Origin: Phormidesmis sp.
GTDB lineage: Bacteria; Cyanobacteriota; Cyanobacteriia; Leptolyngbyales; Leptolyngbyaceae
Assembly (NCBI GenBank): GCA_965248535.1
Contig: CBDFJR010000002.1
Coordinates: forward strand, 736,001-800,000
Direction of reading: 5' to 3'
DNA: 64,000 bases
Under the pieces are notes generated by a model, which had not been told where the DNA came from, searched no databases, and was given only the letters and a program-made list of their open reading frames with translations. Every line of letters starts with the position of its first letter. Position 1 is the stretch's first letter. Made by a program: the position numbers and the translations under genes. Positions 42,601-48,614 of this stretch are shown here, piece after piece.

Positions 42601-42959
42601 ATGTGATCTACCGCAAACCCGAACTCGGCTTAACGCGCCTAGCCGAAGACACGATCACGGGCGGAGAGAGCAACGACATTCTCTTTGGCAGTCGCAGCAG
42701 CGATCAACTGTCAGGTGGCGGCGGCGACGATTTCTTGTTTGGCGGCGGCGATGCAGACACCCTCGACGGCGGCACGGGCACAAACACGGTGCGCCGCAGC
42801 ACCAATCCTAGCCCGGCTGATTTGAGAGCGATCGAGGCTCCGATTCGGGCGGCGGTCAATCTGCTGACTCCTGGCTTGCAGCGCTATCTGGTGGAGATTG
42901 ACCAGGTGCGAGACACGCTTTCTCTAGACGGCCAACTCGATATTCGTTTTTCAGAATAA
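24687..42959 (+). CDS. Giant (6090 aa) extracellular adhesin/toxin-like protein: leukotoxin/haemagglutinin-like Gly/Ala beta-repeat stalk, RTX Ca-binding repeats, FG-GAP propeller
   Basis: Uninterrupted 18.3-kb ORF with AAGGA RBS; many GAG-xx-A-x-G-x-(S/A)-x-x-x-N repeats; many GGxGxDxL nonapeptides; GDLNGDGKTDLFWRN blades. Confidence 0.9.
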   Translation: MESAQLNSDLSRSPLQPAFPTLQSDLERAVGSIGANKGAPQSQETPLLVSQIAATPASVQLFDLTSNTVTFTGSNAANELYLKIDTSQLLEFSIDGKNFSKLEGLHLSASTKITVDLGAGNDSLFLDASLTNALKGLGGKLIFAGGDGNDTLFGSSADTVWNITGNNAGNIDNAIEFSGVENLTGAANNKDTFVLAPGGSLSGLVDGGAGGFDSFVAQGGQYNSLTLVWTGSDSGKIVLDNNSIRYAGLEPINISPGSTLQNVTIDLSLLDVQSVDQSGTSVLFPSVDRAILEADTAGKLRFSGTHTVSNLIVDQPFEAAIFNNPSQSLTIKLGFGNDQLDIKSLDPAFAAALNIQGGDGNDTVNLTGTINFAAPLTIDGEKGNDTVNITGSVTLPGQTANITAETIKLGGTLSTSATTKAGDIKLNGYNITLDAGAQLLAKGATAGKIDISAIDTTAIFTPLINYDSSSVDFTINSGAKIEGGDVTILATANSQHILDSQTIVEQGLDTVAKVIEGLTQIGAGASIAKATAHININAGSQISANNFIAYASTIAYASTAPITFMVGPALGIAITDSTVTVAGTVTATGDATIRSTADHTLDVVSDTSGLAGIAGSIAVSVVDSKAIANVTDQANLTIGGNLFVQGDTVDRNRTLARSTAGKDGNVGVAISVNVENGETSAFLDGTAAVAGNIVVNATQKKESLPVKKLFILPAFGDGISASAGVGSNSKGDFLDDQKAAAISKVITPIKNYATKKWTEFRNKTPETAGNTNDPGIDVAAAFAIVVDNNTATARIGDGNPTDHGGKKAIVTADGTISVTAKIENVPNISASSAAKKNPEATAESGANKFAGSLAVAIGVYNNNAQAYINSDAEVDAKKALTVQAQALNDYQLKFGVNLVSPFLQQATFSTDDGAKLVKNGDIVEVRGGHVGNGDTGTWYKYIGAVPQRTIDLKNEDFSSTNNWESLGNAVAYISKNFVGNLTGYLNSNLGTKSLANSWSQATAEGDKLSVAGAVTFLDLQHTAEATIKNGARINQNRTDYYTAGTQAVVVDAKSINEGVHLGGNLKLPGIKGDITDFKFDPQTSFALGSTTADGKGGSGVGFTFLMTSYSNTVTAKIENGVRLKADSLTVNAETLGMSITVGASGGESDNIAFNGAFLVNLTNNKTRAQIDQGAIINVGALALTNPNAQGSSVWVNATDTTYVIDVAGGVALSDHVGIGATAAINIINRQTEAVIGSQVGDNSLGVRGSFTAGGAVLVNAKNDGFVGAFAVSGSKTSSNSATAPQGATGLRKSDGSGSVDDPGKLPNNQKNFDSVIAELKNNPKFQQAANDTNAVGANKGKAGISISGAVALNILDDNARAYVRNSGILTVNAGSLVLSSANTTSVGSLAGAVAIALGNGKNTAAGIAGAVGLNFVTGTTDAFVDGATSLNTKGLTLDAKRAGYIVSLTAGVAGATGKTGIAIGGSVGVTRTTNTTETGLRNTTGVVSGAVSLNASDDTNIILVAGSGAFGGKAGVGAAVSFSSIENNVFSTVSGVANFKHTGNFDVKATADGDIIAVTGGAAVSTGGGGDGGFGAAGTLSVNLISSTVEAKILNSTTTIDSTGNLTLLAKDNSAIFSFAGAFGAGKTAGIGAALALNFLNNKTRAVIEASTLRTTGALSAIATETGKVVTVSVGGAGADKFAVAGGIAVNKLTNTIEARVSAGSDILVGGAVLLSAKDDETSVAIAGGGAGSGKAALGASVGANLIENTTIAQIDDAKLISTGSTLDVLAQADQVLVSVGIGGAGAGNYALGGSISVNEIKNTVQASISDNNGAAGVATTVSAAGNVNLRASDNSTLVVVAGAGAGAGTAAVGAAIATAQVQNTVKAFIDGSKVTSTNGGINVLAGFEPPQTAADLTAIGIGTSDVPLPKTNGKQIVNVTVGGAGAQTFAAGAAISLNWIRNDVEVYIRNADVNANSDVTVAASDNPEIDSAAAGGAGSGNVAVGAAISYNYIGGDPGNPSRSVPRNPAAADVGKVLAFIDNSNVVSGIGNVNVLATSNPRIINATVGGAGAGSVAVGGSISINFMRTIVDAAITNVNAGKSVRANGSVNLNATATPLMIIVAGNGAGAGTVAATIASATNDMRSDIKARIEGSTVVATNGGVLVNAEVKRPSTLPGINVKQALDAQIWAFSVSGAGAGTASIAGSLSLNWIRNSIDAHISGGSIVQANNGAVTVTAADRSTINAIAGTGSGSGSFSFGGSVAYNYVGGDPDSPSSATKNLIQAYVDASTVTAKSVKVDAASTSNINNLVFAGSGAGDFALAGSIGLNFIRKTVDAHISGAGAVTASGDINLNAADSSTISVLSVQGAGAGYVAGGVALAYNDISNTVQSYIDGGRVTSSAGSIFSNATSASTINSLAAGIAVAGIAGVAGSAAANLIANTVQSSINNATVTANNNLFLLADSRNTISSIGGTLAAGGVVGIGGTAVVNKTDNVTKAFISGNSNVTAKGNGAAAAIKTWLDNPDGTESTETIQGLAVIANTTETINATAATAGVAPPTGVGTVGIGANVVVNLVNDTTEATIDNSNINSAIELGKFVKVKAHQDTNIVNAGGVLAVGDVGVGADVHTDVVTNKTRAYITDTVPGSDATTRTAVYGASGVEVNALTREKVQAIAVGAGIGTYVGAAGAGSGVKFGSTTEAFVKESAITTGGDLKVLANNRVGLDFFVGALGGSLAVGAGGSVAVGLLNNTTKAYLEGAVTTAGGSTQVKADSVEKVTTLVATAGIGGIVGVAGAVAVVSTGSTTTAYIGSAFKDDNKQVFSRNSIVATTSGDVLVQANNTTNISDGVGNASIGGGVGVSASVDVITVKNTVDAHIGAGSQVTAGGSVKVEAIANRQIDSTVVAFGLGGGAAITGAVSVINVGTGLSSQASSQVSGLQSALNGVTSPNGGINGLNTNSGDTTAAKLKGSVNDPKSNVYFTVSTAADPVTTNTTAFIGNGASVTANGGVTVRADETLTVSDKDGGLGQLVGGVSIGFFGASAGGSVGIVNVGTTSQAYIDTNATVSAGGDIAVNAKFTSDLQSRAYGGSASLGVGLGAQVALITDNSTQLAYTANGSSLGNGTKILKAKTLTISADTTRTLATEAKGASIAGGLAVGAAIARSTIGGSTQAFLGDYTQVGSGTRSVNAVSLSATATKTAQANALAVAGALLGSGVAAQGDALIGTTTSASTGIGSQISTAGDVSLSAQSTNNANAQINGLAGAIVAAGLLNANAIVTPATTTASTGTQSTVDAGGNVKLNSSANNTLFTQARGGAGGLLTVSGQTATSRLEPAKTQSVIGAGGNVIAQGTLEIKSNSSADVQSDTSIQSIAGVAINQVKSVAKISSATEARIDSGATVQANKLDLKASDDRIFASAHSSSELTFGGGTNSDAESVADVNARAFAFLGANAKVTAPELISIVTFQNSVKTDATAKTAATAVQAALKSTANNNLISNADVVTEKGSTLETKSLFVQAIAPQFIPDGYIKNAETRATTVTELITQIVGETCSVVVTVLTLGFVDGDEVCEPVYETVRKILSSPVDSIFLGDKKIANSVTFNSDVKIIGGGTRTLTIDNQGNVTKADGVTFTNNPDEVIVNDILNQGVGNINIQSPSGIVTGQSTFTINNALDSVNIINDSNKRLTLNNIEVINKNQTTPPVVINAATNTFKYKIVMNANDSIVNVRNNNPANADITLRGHIENTLGVTKIYNKGGNVSSFGTLAYLETRELELRADTGSVGSLNNRIVTRLLVTGNDRKTRISDLFGNQGVFLDLTAFTRSNAPLAVELSQIGSGSDVDLKINDSLTTKILPVSAVTLNDGRVVFGLIEKLTNVGFDLRDGNTVTTINRSDVQKFEIQNRITNVQSDSAYTFKSATAAGNININAGTGGVVKTNLVFAGKTTSSAKDVTIATLAGNLISGTSDQLIAGRTINLTATNGTIGASDNDLKIDSSNSALGFLNALASQDIFVAEAIAALNVNQVKSNSGKIRLTVKDSQSTGEDLILNDTAKITASAGSVTLLVGDNVQMAQGATIEAAQSVSIRGDYTNADLGVGSVIDLRGTIKGSSAEVIGEADNDTVIITNVTTGTPTTVQTLGGNDTIYIGSNATPTANVNGNVNRINALLQIDGGAGNDQLKVDDSGDAQDNTGILTSNKLIGLGMGSPNQTDVNSSLGIGYSNLETLDVELGSGNDTFTIASTHTAATIVNTAAGRDTVTVQTIAGATLVNTGSENDTINVGGIGQTVNGISALLTLQGGAGSDIINVNDTGDTQANTGVLTNRRITGLGMGSPDQKVVNASSGIDYDGAEVLNISLGSAGDTFTVQSTHSGATTLNSNAGSDTIAVQSISGATTVNAGADADSVTVSITTPSQGTLVVNGGTGDDTLNASAATLGVVLNGDDGNDRISGGSGNDLIGGGTGDDFIDGKAGNDEIYGDSTFPSEAINPAYSGFTFSGDILTAPAGSRPKATQQVLQGNDTIAGGAGRDVVYGEGGNDNIVGGSFTAGVADGTDFIFGGAGDDVIAGDNASIDPVSRTIVNLDTTNGGDDYIFGDTGTLTFSATGEVIRAANSSAVGDGNDTIAGGIGNDALFGGSGNDTLSGNLGNDTILGDNGFMTFAAGNLIHIETTEPGVGGNDTIAGDEGNDLILGGFGNDSISGNAGDDIVLGDNGLINNVISGNSVALDVIVTTNPAIGGDDTISGGAGNDIVLGGAGNDTIAGGLGDDVLIGDGGRITFTGGKVKLIETIDPGIGGDDTIDGNQNNDVILGGFGNDLLNGGEGDDKILGDNGKLDYGFAGDNTVGVASDNDLSTLDFITTTNPTLGGNDEIFGGLGNDQILGGTGADTIYGDNGLQELDANWSVAGKGDFNGDGKTDIFWRNSADGSLLLWLMDGVTVLKSALLPYTIGADWTAQLGDLNGDGKTDLFWRNTSGATAVWLFNGTKLLDSAILPFNVGADWTAQLGDLNGDGKTDLFWRNTSGATAVWLFNGTKLLDSAILPFNVGADWTAQLGDLNGDGKTDLFWRNTSGATAVWLFNGTKLLDSALLPFNVGTDWTAQLGDLNGDGKTDLFWRNTSGATAVWLFNGTKLLDSALLPFNVGTDWTAQLGDLNGDGKTDLFWRNTSGATAVWLFNGTKLLDSALLPFNVGTDWTAQLGDLNGDGKTDLFWHRRSGESAAWLLDGKTIVQADSVPGSRDLTSPANDLILGDHGKIYEALPSDRNYFSIDTAATDGGGNDIIYGDQGDDIILGQQGDDRIYGGAGEDDIIGGHNVIGGADGNDFIDGGDQADVILGDNGLITRRAAATGGWQHYAAPFGDTIRDVVRFDDIDGIGGNDTLLGGAGDDILHGQRGNDTIDGGAGDDELYGELGNDTLRGGDGQDTLLGDVGIVTRELNPNGSPRLNQNGSWHRNVLLTDVGRLTGTLNSTTPQAGFQTPDLLLITGAYNPDGSKVTTANGWNTPTYQVTLFADGNDTLDGGAGDDALFGQRGNDTLQGGSGNDYLEGNTGNDRIDGGTGDDWIVGDDSHNPVPFNTESPIVTRGIHLIQQDPSLNLNLGTYGTIVIPSLTIAPQIVSDLLPSLTLTQTLNANTLPIVPLVGSLRGRDGTEFRPFASVIPDIVNHLSLLAGNDQIDGGAGQDTIIGDNYISAVPLRSGIASLDQSLDSLTLSLNQLNYDLHDLELAQASRSGAAPQELTIGSDTINGGDDNDLIMGDNGQFLGPLTVKSPANAAAVNANLIDLQQIISNFSTTVNNALAPFIATGAGAQPYTLAIGNDTINGNGGDDKILADDVLILNPVLKTLNYERGSFWNYNFAQTPTKAGRTNFRNFDLKLGNDVVNGGDGNDTIVGDYSNLIMPIVAQSPQTSSDRTQLQRSLNLLSEDAKTFLRDLYNARYGIDYSKDNQSNTLIAGNDTLNGDAGADLISGDNSTFMLPIVNRQIDTSFDLTKGYLDNSNDSYNFFHALPHQADVIYRKPELGLTRLAEDTITGGESNDILFGSRSSDQLSGGGGDDFLFGGGDADTLDGGTGTNTVRRSTNPSPADLRAIEAPIRAAVNLLTPGLQRYLVEIDQVRDTLSLDGQLDIRFSE
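39428..40212 (+). repeat. 144-bp (48-aa) near-identical tandem repeat, 5 full + 1 partial copy
   Basis: gactggacagcccagttgggtgatttg recurs at 39435, 39579, 39723, 39867, 40011 and 40155. Confidence 0.97.
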
Positions 42960-43013
42960 ACTGATTCCTTGAGTGCTCTATTGTCCCCATCTACTACCTG
43001 TGAGGAGTCTACT

Positions 43014-44198
43014 TTGAAACCCTATTGTCTTGGCTTAGTTATCGCATTGACCACAGTGGTGAGTTCTGATTTGGCGATCGCGGCTGAAAAACCGCAGGAC
43101 TCAGCGCCTAAAACCATTGCTCAAGTCACAGTGCAGGCTGCGCCATCCAGTGAACAAATTCTTCAACAAAAACTTCAGCAGTTAGAACAAAAACAACATC
43201 AGCTTGAGCAAGAAATTGAAGGATTGCGGCAGCAAATCACCGCGCCTAAACCCGTTCCGCCTGGCGTAGTTGTGCCTGTCGTGGTCGTGCCCGAAGACCG
43301 CCCCCAAAGCTGGGAAATCTCCACTCAAGTGCTGTTTCTCAAGCCCACCACCAGCAACCTGATGGATTTTGCGATCGTCGATCCAGGCACAGCGTTGGCT
43401 GTGAGCGGAGACTTAGCTAAAGTCGGCTACGATCGGGCCGCTGCCTTGCGCGTAGGGGTAACCTACCATCCGCCTCAAACCGCTTGGGCGATCTCAGCTA
43501 GCCACACTTTTTTAGACACCGACGGCAGCAACAGTGCAGTCAGACCGACCAACGGCGCGTTGTTTGCGACCTTTACCCATCCGTTTCAAAATGACTCGGC
43601 TGACACGGCATCGGCGCGATCGACGCTAGGCTATAACGCCACAGATATTGAGTTAGCCTACAATTTTCAAGTTGGCAAAAGCCTGGATATGCGAGTGTTT
43701 GGGGGGCTGCGGTTTTCAGATGTCAATCAAGAAATGACGGTCGATTATAACGGTCGCGACTTTAATCAGGGTCGAGCCATTGTTGAAAGCAGCTTTAGTG
43801 GCTTTGGGCCGCGACTGGGGGCTGAGGCAAAAATCAGGCTAGCCAGCGATTTGAGCCTGTTTGGTCGCGGAGCCGGAACCCTGCTGTTGGGGAGTTTATC
43901 GACTCGCTATGACGAAACCGATAATGCGGGTGCAGATGTCGTGGCTAGCCTTCGTCAAGACCGCAATCAGCAGATTGTACCGGGCATGGATCTAGCGATC
44001 GGGCTAAATTGGCAGCCCAAAGTCAGCCAGAGCACCAGTCTCAATTTCAGCATTGGCTATGAATATCAGCATTTGTTTAACGTGGCTGACTCGATTCGAT
44101 TTGTGAGTGCGGGCAGTCCGGGGGTGTTTACTGAGTCGCAAAACGATTTAAGCTTGCAGGGCTTTTTCCTGCGGCTTGGGTTATCGTCTCAGTTTTGA
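43014..44198 (+). CDS. Outer-membrane beta-barrel protein (Lpg1974/Legionella MOMP-like) with signal peptide and periplasmic coiled coil
   Basis: GAGGAG RBS before TTG 43014; signal peptide ending AIA; QKLQQLEQKQHQLEQEIEGLRQQI; LFLKP, FGGLRF, FSGFGPRLG, GYEYQ; ends QGFFLRLGLSSQF (terminal Phe). Confidence 0.75.
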   Translation: MKPYCLGLVIALTTVVSSDLAIAAEKPQDSAPKTIAQVTVQAAPSSEQILQQKLQQLEQKQHQLEQEIEGLRQQITAPKPVPPGVVVPVVVVPEDRPQSWEISTQVLFLKPTTSNLMDFAIVDPGTALAVSGDLAKVGYDRAAALRVGVTYHPPQTAWAISASHTFLDTDGSNSAVRPTNGALFATFTHPFQNDSADTASARSTLGYNATDIELAYNFQVGKSLDMRVFGGLRFSDVNQEMTVDYNGRDFNQGRAIVESSFSGFGPRLGAEAKIRLASDLSLFGRGAGTLLLGSLSTRYDETDNAGADVVASLRQDRNQQIVPGMDLAIGLNWQPKVSQSTSLNFSIGYEYQHLFNVADSIRFVSAGSPGVFTESQNDLSLQGFFLRLGLSSQF

Positions 44199-44239
44199 TG
44201 CCTCAGTTCTGGTGGCTGAGAACGGGTCTGCGATCGCGT

Positions 44240-44800
44240 CTACGAGGTGAAGCGAAACTTGCCGATAATGGATTGAAAGTCCCAGCGAATCGGATCGGAT
44301 GGGTAGTCATAAAACACAGTCAGCACCATGATCGTCTGGCGATCGCGACTCGGAAACACCACGTCATCTCCACAGATCTTGGCGCACCACGGGTAAGCGA
44401 TCGCGGGCTGCCCCGCAAAGCTATAGCTTTTGAGGCTATCTTGACGATCGCTGAAATGAGAGGCGGTCTGTTGGCTGACCCACTCTGAGGCAGAGAGTTT
44501 TTGAGGGTTGCTAAACGCCTCAATCGCAATGCTGCCAGCCTGATCGGGTGCCTTGGGCTGAAGCCGCACCCCGCGACTATCTCCGGTCGCATCTAACCGA
44601 TAGCTAGACGGATAGTCAATTTTGAATTTATAACGCTGGCTCTGATAGGTTTGATAGCCGTTTGGCGCGGGTTGCGTCGCTCGTGCAGAACGGGTTGCGG
44701 TGCGGGCGATCGCCGCCCCACTGAAAGATAAAAGACTTAATAAAATCAAAGCTCCGGTCAAAAAACTGACTTGTCTAAACGGCAAAAATGAGGTTGTCAT
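44240..44800 (-). CDS. Secreted protein, PsbP/Mog1-like fold
   Basis: Signal peptide; YQTYQSQRYKFKIDYP start and FQSIIGKFRF end typical of PsbP-related domains. Confidence 0.55.
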   Translation of the reverse strand: MTTSFLPFRQVSFLTGALILLSLLSFSGAAIARTATRSARATQPAPNGYQTYQSQRYKFKIDYPSSYRLDATGDSRGVRLQPKAPDQAGSIAIEAFSNPQKLSASEWVSQQTASHFSDRQDSLKSYSFAGQPAIAYPWCAKICGDDVVFPSRDRQTIMVLTVFYDYPSDPIRWDFQSIIGKFRFTS

Positions 44801-44913
44801 CAGAATTAATCAACAGATCTAATCATGATGATCACAACGAACTGTGATCAATCAGGGAAATTCCTCAAATAATAACCATTCCCTTAAAACGATCGTCCAT
44901 CTTGGGTCTGAAG

Positions 44914-45735
44914 TTAAGCAACTCCCCAAATTTTGACGGTTTGATCGTCGCTGCCACTGACCAATAGAGGACGATCGCGACTCACGGCCACGGCGGTCAC
45001 TAAGCGGGAATGTCCTTGGAGCAAGCAGACTTCTCGCGCAGCGTGCAAATCCCAAATCTTGATCGTTTGGCGGCTGCCGCTTACTAAATGTCTACCGTCG
45101 TTGACCGTGACTGACGCGATCGTTTTGGGTCGTTTTTGAGAAGTTGAGATGGGTTGCTCAGTTCTCAGACTCCAGGTTTTGATCACCTGCTGTCTGGTTC
45201 TAATCGTGAAACTGTCTTCGTCAGGGTCGATCGAAATTGCGAATACGATCGCCCAGACATTCACACTAAACACCAGTTCTTTTGCCTCTAAGTCCCAGAC
45301 GTTCACCACCCCATCTCGACTGGCACTGATCACAATCTCTTGATCAGGGCGGTAGACAAAATGACGAGTAGCGACGGCGATCGCGGTGATCCCGGCGGCG
45401 TGTCCGGTCAAGGTGGCGAGACACTCAAACAGCCCATAGGGGCTATAGTCGTCTAGTGCTTTTTTTGCCTTGAGGTCGCCCCGGTTTTGCAGCAGCAGAT
45501 AGGCCACTTTTTGCACCGCCAACGACGAATCTTGCAGCCCTTGAATTAACAGATCCAGTCCGACGCTCCCACGATCGGCTTCTCTAAGTGCAGCAATGCG
45601 CTGGTCTGGACGATCGCTGGCAAACCGTCGTTTGATGCCGTCTAGCCCGCCAAGCACCACACTACCCGCCGGGACTGTCACCTGACCGCCCAGCACTGCG
45701 TCATCTCGTTTGGGTTGATTCAAAGGACTGATCAC
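44914..45735 (-). CDS. HEAT-like N-terminal module + WD40 repeat protein
   Basis: DAVLGG...RIAAL...GLDLLIQGLQD; GH...SASRDGVVNVWD and GH...SGSDDQTVKIW. Confidence 0.85.
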   Translation of the reverse strand: MISPLNQPKRDDAVLGGQVTVPAGSVVLGGLDGIKRRFASDRPDQRIAALREADRGSVGLDLLIQGLQDSSLAVQKVAYLLLQNRGDLKAKKALDDYSPYGLFECLATLTGHAAGITAIAVATRHFVYRPDQEIVISASRDGVVNVWDLEAKELVFSVNVWAIVFAISIDPDEDSFTIRTRQQVIKTWSLRTEQPISTSQKRPKTIASVTVNDGRHLVSGSRQTIKIWDLHAAREVCLLQGHSRLVTAVAVSRDRPLLVSGSDDQTVKIWGVA

Positions 45736-45888
45736 ACCCTTTATTCTAGTATTTAGGGCTTGCAGAATCGATAGGCTGGGGCAGCCGTTAATTTTTCTAC
45801 CTTTCTCGATCCTAATCCTGCTACGCTCAATAAAAGCTCCTTTGATGCCGACAAAGGAGATTTTTTACATCCCGAAACCCTTCAACCT

Positions 45889-47079
45889 ATGAGTCACCCA
45901 GACAGCATTGCTCCTCACGGTGGGCAACTGATTAATCGCATCGCTAGCCCTGCTCAACATGAAGAGTTTCTCTCAAAAGCAGACCACTTGCCCAGAGTGC
46001 AGCTTGACGATCGGGCAGCTTCTGACCTAGCTCTGATCGCCATCGGTGGCTTTAGCCCGCTCACAGGCTTTCTCGAAAAAGCAGACTACGATCGGGTGGT
46101 CAGTGAGATGCACCTAGCCAATGGGTTGCCTTGGTCGATTCCCGTGACGCTGCCCGTGAGTGAGGCTGTGGCCGAGCCGCTCAAAGAAGGCAGTCTAGTG
46201 CGTCTAGATGACAGTCGAGGGCGGTTTATTGGGGTGCTAGAACTGACGCAGAAATATGCTTATGACAAGGTGCACGAGGCGCTTCACGTCTATCGCACCA
46301 ACGAAGAAAAGCATCCCGGTGTGGCAGTGGTCTATCAGCAGGGTGCGATCAATCTTGCAGGCCCGGTGTGGATGCTCAAGCGCGAGGCTCATCCTCAGTT
46401 TCCGACCTATCAGATTGACCCGATCGCGTCTCGTGCGCTCTTTAGAGAAAAAGGGTGGAAGACGATCGTGGCGTTTCAGACTCGCAACCCGATTCACCGC
46501 GCTCACGAATACATTCAAAAATGTGCGCTTGAAACCGTGGATGGGTTGTTTCTGCATCCGCTCGTAGGAGTCACCAAGGGCGATGACATTTCGGCTGATA
46601 TTCGGATGCGCTGCTACGAAATCATGCTGGAGCATTACTTCCCCAAAGATCGCGTTATTTTGGCCATCAACCCTGCGGCCATGCGCTATGCCGGGCCGCG
46701 TGAAGCGATCTTTCATGCGCTGCTGCGCAAAAACTACGGCTGCACTCACTTCATCGTCGGACGTGATCATGCGGGGGTCGGCGACTATTATGGCACCTAC
46801 GACGCTCAACACATTTTTGATGAGTTTGATCCCGATGCGTTGGGAATCAAGCCGATGAAGTTTGAGCACGCCTTCTACTGCAAGCGCACGGAAGGCATGG
46901 CCACCACCAAAACCAGCCCCAGCACTCCTGAAGAGCGCATTCATCTCTCCGGCACCAAAGTTCGTGAGATGCTGCGTCGAGGTGAATTGCCGCCGCCTGA
47001 GTTTTCTCGCCCCGAAGTGGCTGCCGAACTCGCCAAAGCAATGAAGATTCCTGCACCCGTTTGGGGAGATGGGATTTAG
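45889..47079 (+). CDS. sat: Sulfate adenylyltransferase
   Basis: [36 protein letters not shown]. Confidence 0.97.
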   Translation: MSHPDSIAPHGGQLINRIASPAQHEEFLSKADHLPRVQLDDRAASDLALIAIGGFSPLTGFLEKADYDRVVSEMHLANGLPWSIPVTLPVSEAVAEPLKEGSLVRLDDSRGRFIGVLELTQKYAYDKVHEALHVYRTNEEKHPGVAVVYQQGAINLAGPVWMLKREAHPQFPTYQIDPIASRALFREKGWKTIVAFQTRNPIHRAHEYIQKCALETVDGLFLHPLVGVTKGDDISADIRMRCYEIMLEHYFPKDRVILAINPAAMRYAGPREAIFHALLRKNYGCTHFIVGRDHAGVGDYYGTYDAQHIFDEFDPDALGIKPMKFEHAFYCKRTEGMATTKTSPSTPEERIHLSGTKVREMLRRGELPPPEFSRPEVAAELAKAMKIPAPVWGDGI

Positions 47080-47088
47080 ATTTCACGC

Positions 47089-48432
47089 TCAACGCATTGA
47101 GAAAATCTCTTCAGCCGAAGAGGGATGAATACCGATCGTGCGATCGAGATCCTGTTTAGTGATTCCTTTTTTCATGGCTAGCGCAAATCCTTGCAGCATC
47201 TCGGCAGCATGATCGCTCACGATGTGAATGCCAATCACTTGATCGGTTGCACGATTGACCACCAGCTTGATCAAGGCTCTGTCAGTCTGACCACTTAAGC
47301 TGTAGAACAACGGCTGAAACTCACTTTCATAGCAGCGCACGGCCGCCTCGCCCAAATGCGCTTTTGCCTGTGGCTCAGTCATGCCCACCGATGCCGCTTC
47401 GGGGCGACAGCACACGGCCGACGGCACACTTTCATAATCCACCGTCCAAGCCTGATCACCAAAAATAGTGTCAGCAAAAGCGCGACCCTCTGACAGTGCA
47501 ACGGGGGTGAGTTGCTTGCGATTAGTGCAGTCTCCAACCGCGAAAATGTTGGGCTGACTGGTGCGACTGTGGGCATCAACGGCGATCGCGCCCCGATCGA
47601 TTTCAATGCCCACCTGCTCTAAGCCTAGGTTGCTTAAATTAGCGCTGCGCCCGATCGCGCACAAAACCAGATCGGCGGTGATTGGGTTCGGGTGGTCTGA
47701 CAGCATTAGCTGCAAGGTGCGATCGTGGGCAACAATTTCTTTAATCGTAGTGTTGCAGGCAATCTCAATGCCTCGCTGAGTCAACCCCTGATGAATGGCA
47801 GCGCTAACGGCCGGATCAAATCCATTCAGAAGGCAGTGTTCATGGTTCATTAAAAACACCTCTGCTCCAAATCCGCGCAGGGCGCTAGCAAACTCAACGC
47901 CGATATAGCCGCCGCCAACAATGGCAATTTTCTGCGGCAACTGCGGCAGGTTAAACATCTGCTCAGACGTAATCGCGTGTTCAGCACCCGGAATAGTGAG
48001 CCGATTAGGGTGACTGCCAACCGCCAAGAGAATTTTATCGGCAGTGATTTTTTGTCCAGCAACTTCGACGGTGTGAGCATCGATCAACATGGCCCGATCG
48101 GGGATCAATCGAATCCCTTTTTGAGTCAGCGATCGCGTGTGGGCTTGCCGAAATTTATCGATCGCCTGATCTCGCGCTTTGACAAATTTTGCCCAGTCAA
48201 ACTGCGGGCGATCGCCGCTCCAGCCATAGCCTTTAGACGCATCTGCATAGTGGGCAAAGTCAGCCGCATAGACCATCAGCTTTTTAGGAACACATCCCAT
48301 GTTGGCACAGGTGCCGCCAAGCTGACGAGCTTCAGCGATCGCGACTCGTGCGCCATGATGGGCTGCTTGCTTTGCCGCCCCCAGCCCTCCGGGGCCAGCC
48401 CCAATCACAAACAGATCATAATTTTCAATCAT
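47089..48432 (-). CDS. gor: Glutathione-disulfide reductase family flavoprotein
   Basis: GAGPGG, GGTCANMGCVPKK, GGGYIGVEFA, LTPVA, IGIHPSSAEE. Confidence 0.9.
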   Translation of the reverse strand: MIENYDLFVIGAGPGGLGAAKQAAHHGARVAIAEARQLGGTCANMGCVPKKLMVYAADFAHYADASKGYGWSGDRPQFDWAKFVKARDQAIDKFRQAHTRSLTQKGIRLIPDRAMLIDAHTVEVAGQKITADKILLAVGSHPNRLTIPGAEHAITSEQMFNLPQLPQKIAIVGGGYIGVEFASALRGFGAEVFLMNHEHCLLNGFDPAVSAAIHQGLTQRGIEIACNTTIKEIVAHDRTLQLMLSDHPNPITADLVLCAIGRSANLSNLGLEQVGIEIDRGAIAVDAHSRTSQPNIFAVGDCTNRKQLTPVALSEGRAFADTIFGDQAWTVDYESVPSAVCCRPEAASVGMTEPQAKAHLGEAAVRCYESEFQPLFYSLSGQTDRALIKLVVNRATDQVIGIHIVSDHAAEMLQGFALAMKKGITKQDLDRTIGIHPSSAEEIFSMR

Positions 48433-48614
48433 ATTTAAACAGTTTATAAAACGCTCACCTATCGCGACTCTAGAGAGTGAGCATCGGGTGTGACAACTAC
48501 CTATAGAAAGAGAAAAATCGCTAAGTGAAATGAAAATTTAGGCTCAAAAGAGAGACGGCCACGATCGTCGCGATGAATATTGTTAAGAATGCAAAAATAA
48601 TGGACTTACTAGCA

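Noticed and set aside
44829..44850. tgatcaca-N6-tgtgatca as a CRP site
   Set aside because: Half-sites are in the reverse arrangement (TCACA before TGTGA); at most a simple hairpin
46237..46944. 235-aa antisense ORF within sat
   Set aside because: Fully overlaps a conserved enzyme gene on the opposite strand; no motifs
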